Assembly: GCA_030141605.1 (NCBI GenBank)
Contig: JAQGDQ010000992.1
Span: 1 to 64,000, forward strand
DNA from: Tubiluchus corallicola
Taxonomy: Eukaryota > Animalia > Priapulida
DNA length: 64,000 nucleotides
Direction: 5' to 3'
Within the stretch, counting starts at the first letter, position 1; each line of letters starts with the position of its first letter. A model generated the notes under the pieces. The model was not told the origin of the DNA, searched no databases, and saw only the letters and a program-made list of their open reading frames with translations. A program made the position numbers and the translations under genes. Shown piece after piece: positions 48,101-64,000 of the stretch.

Positions 48101-51100
48101 TGCTTAATTGTTGAGAAAAGTTTGGTCAAAAGCTTCTACACTGAAGCAAAAACAAATTCCAGATTTGAAGACATTTCAGTAACTAGAAGCCAAATATATT
48201 TAATAATGATGGACAGTTCTGGATTTCTTTTTATCACAAAAAGCAAAAGCAAGTATAGTATGCCACAATCAACAACAAATTTACTTCACAGATATAAGCT
48301 TATATTTAATAAATAAAAGTTGCTTTCTTGCTGTCGTACTGCACAAAGAAACTTGCCAAGAAAGTTGTAAAATGAATCATCAAAAAATTCAAAACAATAT
48401 CCAAATATTAAAATGTCGTAGCGTGGCTTTAAGACTTTTTGTTTTGTCATTTCCGTTTTCAATCAGCTATGAATTAAAATATGAGACAAGAAGAATTCTA
48501 AACAATCATCAACGGAAGAAAATTTGCTGTTTCATGTTTCGGCAGCAAATGGAATAACATAAAACATGTCATACGCTGTATGTAACACACTGCAAAGTCA
48601 TAAACTGTTATCAAAATGATAATTTCACGTTCCAAAGCACTCAAGCAAAAAAATTTCGGGTTACACCAGAAATTGCAAAAAAATCTTTGCAATTTCTTAA
48701 AAAAATTCTTTTTACTATAAGATGGTTTCAGACGATGCTGAATAAATACTTGTTAAATAAGAAAGTTGCAAATGTAGACTACTAGTGTAACATCAAATGT
48801 ACTTCATGTACTATTGTAACATCACAAATGAAAGTATGAATTACAAAAAGCTTCATATAGGATCTCAAAAAATGTAATCCTAGGAGTGTTTGAACCAAGC
48901 ATGGAGGCATTGCGAGCAACATGTTTTTACGTGTTATGTCATGCAGTACAGCACTAAAACTGGCATGGCCGGCAGAGTGAATCTCTGCAGTGCCGAAGCA
49001 AATGTTCCGAAACCCAAAAGCACCGGATACGTATACATAAAGACCGGTTTACACGATAATTCCGTAAGCCTAAAGACCGGTTCACACAATAATTCCATAG
49101 GCACGCGACTCCCACAAAAATACCATTGACGTGTACTTTAAAACACGCCTTAATGCCACCAGAGTGAGCGAATACACGCGTTCAAAGAGATATTATAGAT
49201 CATTACAAATTTCAAGAGTCCACATAAAAGTAAATTCCGAATTTCTTCTTTCTGTAGATCAAATCGGGTATCAAATCAAAAATTAACGAAATGTAACATT
49301 AATTTTCTTTTAAAACTTAAATGTGCTGACTAGGTAGACCTAGGTTTTATCCCTAGACAAAAGCACAACCACTATCCCACTGTAGGTTAAAATTTATCAA
49401 ACAAGCATGCATGGTATGAGAATTGGATAAAAGTCTGATGATAGGGTTCTCTAAGATGACTGCTGTGAATAACATAACATCAGTCAGCTAAAAAACAAAA
49501 GAACGGTCTTCCCTCAAAAAGGAAAGTCCGCCAGATCCACCCTTGAAAATCCACAAATGAAATGCTGCTATGGTAGGCACCAGCAAACGCTTGTCAAACT
49601 TGAAAGAACCAGGTAATATAATTTACATAGTTTGTAAAAACAAACAAAAACATGAAAAATGCTAAATGCATGTTAAGGTACGTTTACATTAACATATTAT
49701 GCTTTAAATGCTAAACCACATTGGTGTATGGCATCCGCTACACTTAAAAGCTATGTTTAAAGAGATACAAAACCAAATTTTTCGGAATCGAGGGTGAACC
49801 GGGAAAATTTTTAGCGATGCAAGTTGTCACAGTTCGGTATAAATTAAACCGCCATCAGAAAAATTAGCTAGGCACGACTTTGCATACAGGTGACAGTATT
49901 GATCAATTTTAAAACGAAATTTACACTTGTCTGATTCCCTGAAATTATTTCCACGCGGTCGAAGATTGAGCGGCCTCACAAATGGCATTGTTGCATGCCA
50001 GAAAGGCAGATTAATTACAAGTAACCAAACCCTACAAAGCAAGATGCGACCTCACAGCTCTGAGCCTGAGATATTGTTTCTACCTTCTCTCAGTCGTGAA
50101 CAATGGCACTACTAAAAGACAGTAGACACAGTGTTTCAAAACCTGCATTGGTTATTACACATTCACATAAAACAAAGCACCACTTGATTACGCAATCGAG
50201 CCTTTGACATTGTTTCTGCTCTCTGTTGGTTGTGAACACTGGCACTATTAACAGACAATAGACAATGTCAGTGTTTCGGAACAATGCAACTCTGATTCTG
50301 ATTGGTCATTAAACTCTCACATAAAACAATACACCACTCGAACACACCCACCTGGGAATTTTTGGAATAAGGCAACTTTCTTGATTGGCTTAATACGAAC
50401 TGCACAATTAAATTAATAAACCAATACGATTTCGTTACTGAACAAGCATTCTGATACGTATTCCCAAACAACAATCAGTAATTAAAAGTTTTTAAGCAAT
50501 CAGATCACAAATGAGAATCCAATATATCAATGTTTATCTGTACAAAAAGTATTCATTGTAATGTGGTCGCGTTTTGTCACACCTTTCCCGCGACAGGCAC
50601 ACGAAATATTAAAATTTCACTCCGACTTTGACGATTATAAAAAATATTTAACACAGGCAATTACTGGGGTATTAACAAGCAGCACCGATTGTTTACACAA
50701 ATAACTAGGAAGGCACACGTCACAGCTAGAGTTACTTTCTCTAATTTTTGTACATGATAAGAGAGATTCTTACACAGTCTCAGGACAGTACACTCACTTC
50801 ACATTCAAAACCGGGATTCTCAGTTTTTCCACCTTAACATTACAGCATAAAATCTCAAAGAATGTTTCTTGCAAAAAATCTTCCATAAAATTATCATTAC
50901 TTATCGTTCGTAAAATATTCTTTCATTCCCACACCAGGGGAACTAAATTAGAACAATTTATTAATATTAATAATAAGTAATTTTAAAATGTTCTACTCTC
51001 TCCCTGAGACAGCAAATTTTATAATTCTAGATTTTGCTCAACATTATGAAAGACTTTATCATTAGTTTACAAGTTCTGTTTTCTTGTTTTTACAAATATA

Positions 51101-52636
51101 CATAGTGCACCGCCTCCTACTTCATTTATAAATACTGAGCAACAAAAATAAGAATTTGGAAGCCCACTTAGAATACAATAGGGACGATTTACTAAATTTA
51201 TTGTTATTGTAGTGCTATAATCCTGTAGTACTCATGCCTTTGATTGTACAAAGTTTAATTATTGATGAAATCTTAACACAGGTGAACGTATAAATTAAAA
51301 ATGTACATGTTTGCTTCTCGTTTTGTATTTCGCTGATGACATAAAGATATAAACGAAAGTTATACATACGTAAAAAAATTCAATTTGCTTTATTTGAATC
51401 AATTTTCAGCATAAAAGTTAATGTTGCAGGGTTTATTTACAGGATACGACCAGTGAATTTTCACACACGACTTTCAAAAACACATTTAAATTTCGTATCT
51501 ATCTGCATCTAATTACACTGTATGCAGATCTCATGTTTGAGTAGCGATGTGCAAATTTGCAAATTTTACGCTCCTGACTGACAGTTCTAAAAGCACGTTT
51601 TAAACTGTCGATCAACTCTTAAAAAATTAAAACAAATTTTGTTCACACTTTTCAAAATTGTAAGACAATCGTAGAAATCAGCAGTTAGTGAAAATAAATG
51701 AATCTATTTAAGCTAGATAATGTCTATTTTTCAGGGATCATGGGTTACTGAAAAGGCAGCTTGATACTTGCTGACAAAAACTGTTTGAATTAATCATTTT
51801 TTTTCTTCTGGCCAAAACCTATTAGTAAACTAGAGTACTGCAAGCCGATATAATTTTGCTTTGCTATCTCTTAAAATACAATGCATAATTTGTTTTTCTA
51901 ATACTCCAAGCATGCAGACTAAGAGTGATAATGAACAAAAACGTACAACTAAATTGTGCAGTTATCCTACAAGAATTTCTTCAAATTTTGCAACTTTACA
52001 ATAGCTAGTGTCTTGTAAGCCCTTATTATTAGTTATTTTAAAAATAATTTTGTATAACATTTTTTTCATCACGTGCAGCAAATCTCAAAAAAGCCTCATC
52101 AAATACCGACTTAAAGGCAATATCTGAAGTAAACAATGAGCAAGACGTACATACTGTCACAAGTATATAAGCAAGTCGTGCCGTCAGCTTACGACAGCGC
52201 GAGTGATAAACTATTCAGGTCTCGGAACACGTAGCTACCAGTTTGAATAGGCTGTACTGAAATAATGCCCGAAAAACCGTGCCGAGATCGAGAAGACCAA
52301 AAACATCGGTCAGACAAAATCTAGCCACACGATTCTCGAACAAACATCATTTGGTCCAGGACAATGGAACTTGTGATATCACAGTCACGCACAAACACGA
52401 TAATATGACATAGACCCGGCACGGTAATATGACGTAACTTTTCTAACACGTCTCCCTCGCAACAAGTTTACTTAAATATGTAGCGCACTGAAAAACACGA
52501 GTGAACAGAGAGAATAAATTACGATTTTGATGAAACATAAACATTCGGGGAAACGAATCCGATGATGACGAACAGTGCCATCTACAATGAGGACACGCTG
52601 ATGTTCACTTGTTTACAAGTTAACATTGAACAACAC

Positions 52637-53380
52637 CTTTTATATAATTATGAGCTGCACAGAGAAAAGAGGAGAAGAAAAAGCAGATGATATCTAGGTG
52701 AATAATAGCCAGCGTCCACTTAAGCAAACACATGGCTTTAATCCACACACAACATCTGCAACATTTCGACCAGGTAAGGTCATATTCACGCAACAATCCA
52801 CCTAATAAAAACAGCGTAAAGAAAATTTCAAACGTCAACATTGTCAGAAGAAAACAAGACCAATTACTAAATTGTAAACTTCTTATCGTGTGATACAAAA
52901 CCAAATGACGTTGAAAAAATTTAATTTATGTTACTCCAGCAGAATTCATTCTCTGACCAACAACTGTGGGTGGTAATAAAAGAACTGTTCATGCAAAGGT
53001 TTCTCTTATTACTACCCACTGGCATTGATCAAAGAATGAATTGTGTTGGAGTAACATAACTTCACTTTTTTGTCATTTGGCTTTGTACCACACGACATGT
53101 AAAGTTTAGAATTTAGTATTTGTCTTGTTTGCTTCCCACTATGTTGACATTTGTAATTTTCTTTACCCTTTATATTTTTATTTAGGTGAACTGCTGGGTG
53201 AGCATGACTTTAACTGGTCGAAGCGTTGCAGATATTTGCGTCTGAATAAAACTAACGTCTTTCCTTAAGTGGGTGCTGGTTGTTATTTTCATTTTAAGAA
53301 TTTATTTTCCTCATCACCACTCAGATATCTAGTTGCTTTTTACCTTTTCTTTGTCCACTCAGAAAAGCATATAACAAAGG
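52637..53380. repeat. ~745-nt imperfect palindrome with short loop
   Basis: Nested complementary blocks, e.g. ttatgttactcc/ggagtaacataa, ccaaatgac/gtcatttgg, ttcgaccag/ctggtcgaa, ccacttaag/cttaagtgg; centre near 52995. Confidence 0.9.
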
Positions 53381-55128
53381 AAGTAGAAAACCCGATGGAC
53401 AGCGCGACAGACTGAACAGTTCACGTGACCGGTGGCTCGCTGTCTGTTTAACAAGCTAACACGTTCCACAAGATGTCGATGAAGAACTGTGGTCAGCCTG
53501 ACACGTGCCTTGCCACTCTCACACGAGAGCGCGTAAACTACAATAATAGCAAAGAAATAACCCAATAACATGGAAAACCTACAAGAATACAACAATATAA
53601 GAAATGTGTAAAATACAACATTTAAATCGATAATGAAGTCACGCAACAGCTCCAAGAACTCACCAAGTCACGAATACGGAAATTTTAAGGAAATGACGTC
53701 GCACATTTTGTACGACGCGCTCAGAAATATATCATTAATTCGACAAATTATTGGCGTCTTGGATGTTACAACTTTTCCTTTAAAAAAAGAAGACTACAAG
53801 TAAAAGTTGTGGCATACATACCAGTGGCATTACAAGTTATCTGTAAAATAAGCACGTTTATTTACAATGAGTTATACTCTGTTACACGAGATTTGTAAAA
53901 CTGCAGTGTTAGGTGCAGTTCTCGAATAAATATTCTCTTTTGCTTCACACGAAACTCCAAACTTCTACAACATAATAAATTTAACAATGAAGTGAATTAA
54001 GGCAGTTTAGATTTGGAGTTGTTCGGGGTTGCAATAGCAATGCAACTAGTCTCTAGCATTGAGACTAGCAAATCTTTGGCAACCGATAGGAAGGGACTAG
54101 CTGATACAGTAATCACAGTACCTCTAACCTCAGCGATGAAATGACTGAGATGTTGAAATCACTGTTACAATTATATAATATCTATATAATGAGCCTAAGC
54201 ATCTTTCTATCGAAAGACAAGATAAGCTCATAAATTTACATAGGCAGCGAAAATATGTGGTACTGAGTAATATAACATAACCTAAGGCCGCAAGACGTTA
54301 ACGCTACAAGTTTATACTAAATACAAAAACTTGAAAAACATTACAAAGATTAACAGATTACAATCACTGACAGAAGCATTCGAAAATGCATGAATGCAAT
54401 TTTTTTACGTATGCTCGTTGATTAAAAACTTGTTAGTTTTGTTTTGCACATAACGGAATCTTACAGAACGGTTACCACATAATACACGAATGTAGACACG
54501 CGACAGACTAGAATATTAAGTATCGAGGCCACGGGCATTATACTACAAATTCACTCTATATAAAGCAACAGTGGGAATCTTCATTTCATTATATCAGTGC
54601 AAAAAGCACAACTGCAGGAAGCCTGCTTCCGTTAGAGACACTGTAGACAAAAAAATTCCACGGACTGTGAGTTTTCCATGGAAAATTAACGACATGGAAT
54701 GATCAACGAGACATAAATGCCAATTATAAGACATTAGACAACATTCTAATGTCTAAAAACTGCTTATTAGCACAATGCAATTACAGAGTGGGTAAATTTG
54801 ATTTGCCACAACTAGGAAGTGAGGGACCACCATTTGTATGTAATATAAGTCATAACATCCGTAGACTTGAACAAAAACGCCAAACTTGACTGAATGTATT
54901 TGCAGTCTTGCGTGAAAAAATCAAGCTTGTGTACGAATACGCCAACATTAAACAAAGGCTGAACGAGAAATGATTAGCGGATGGTTCCAAGGAGCTGCTG
55001 CGCCAAAAGTACACCGTACAACAGCGGAGTAAGTAAGTGAATGAAGCCACTTTGCTGAAATCGAAGCCAAATTAGCACTTCACTCAGTATCTTACCCCCT
55101 TGCACGATGAACGCATCCATCGGCTAAT

Positions 55129-63987
<8,859 letters not shown>

Positions 63988-64000
63988 TCATTCTGATATA

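Overview
Repeat-rich, AT-rich, intron-containing animal (probably invertebrate) genomic DNA, not prokaryotic. Exons were read by hand from splice signals and phase continuity. Genes: (1) a 13-exon, strongly diverged RFX4/6/8-type winged-helix transcription factor, minus strand, 5894-15985, start codon not located; (2) a disabled single-exon LRR receptor-like gene with a Thr-rich stalk, minus, ~22750-24244; (3) an intronless FAM43-like PTB/PID protein, plus, 33018-33914; (4) the last four coding exons of DDX3/PL10, minus, 55129-63959; (5) a 5-exon DOK-like IRS-type PTB adaptor, plus, 56861-60603, nested antisense in the last coding intron of DDX3 and mostly invisible in the ORF track. Also present: an orphan C-type lectin exon, a 5S rRNA pseudogene, non-autonomous Helitrons, MetaSINE-like SINEs, MITEs, solo LTRs, a LINE 3' end and many micro/minisatellites. 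Most notable: the nested PH-less DOK-like gene, three separate self-duplications of RFX exons (including a 1336-bp apparently perfect inverted copy of the terminal exon), and a ~745-nt palindrome plus a candidate 3'UTR intron downstream of the DDX3 stop. All homology calls are from recalled motifs; no searches were run.
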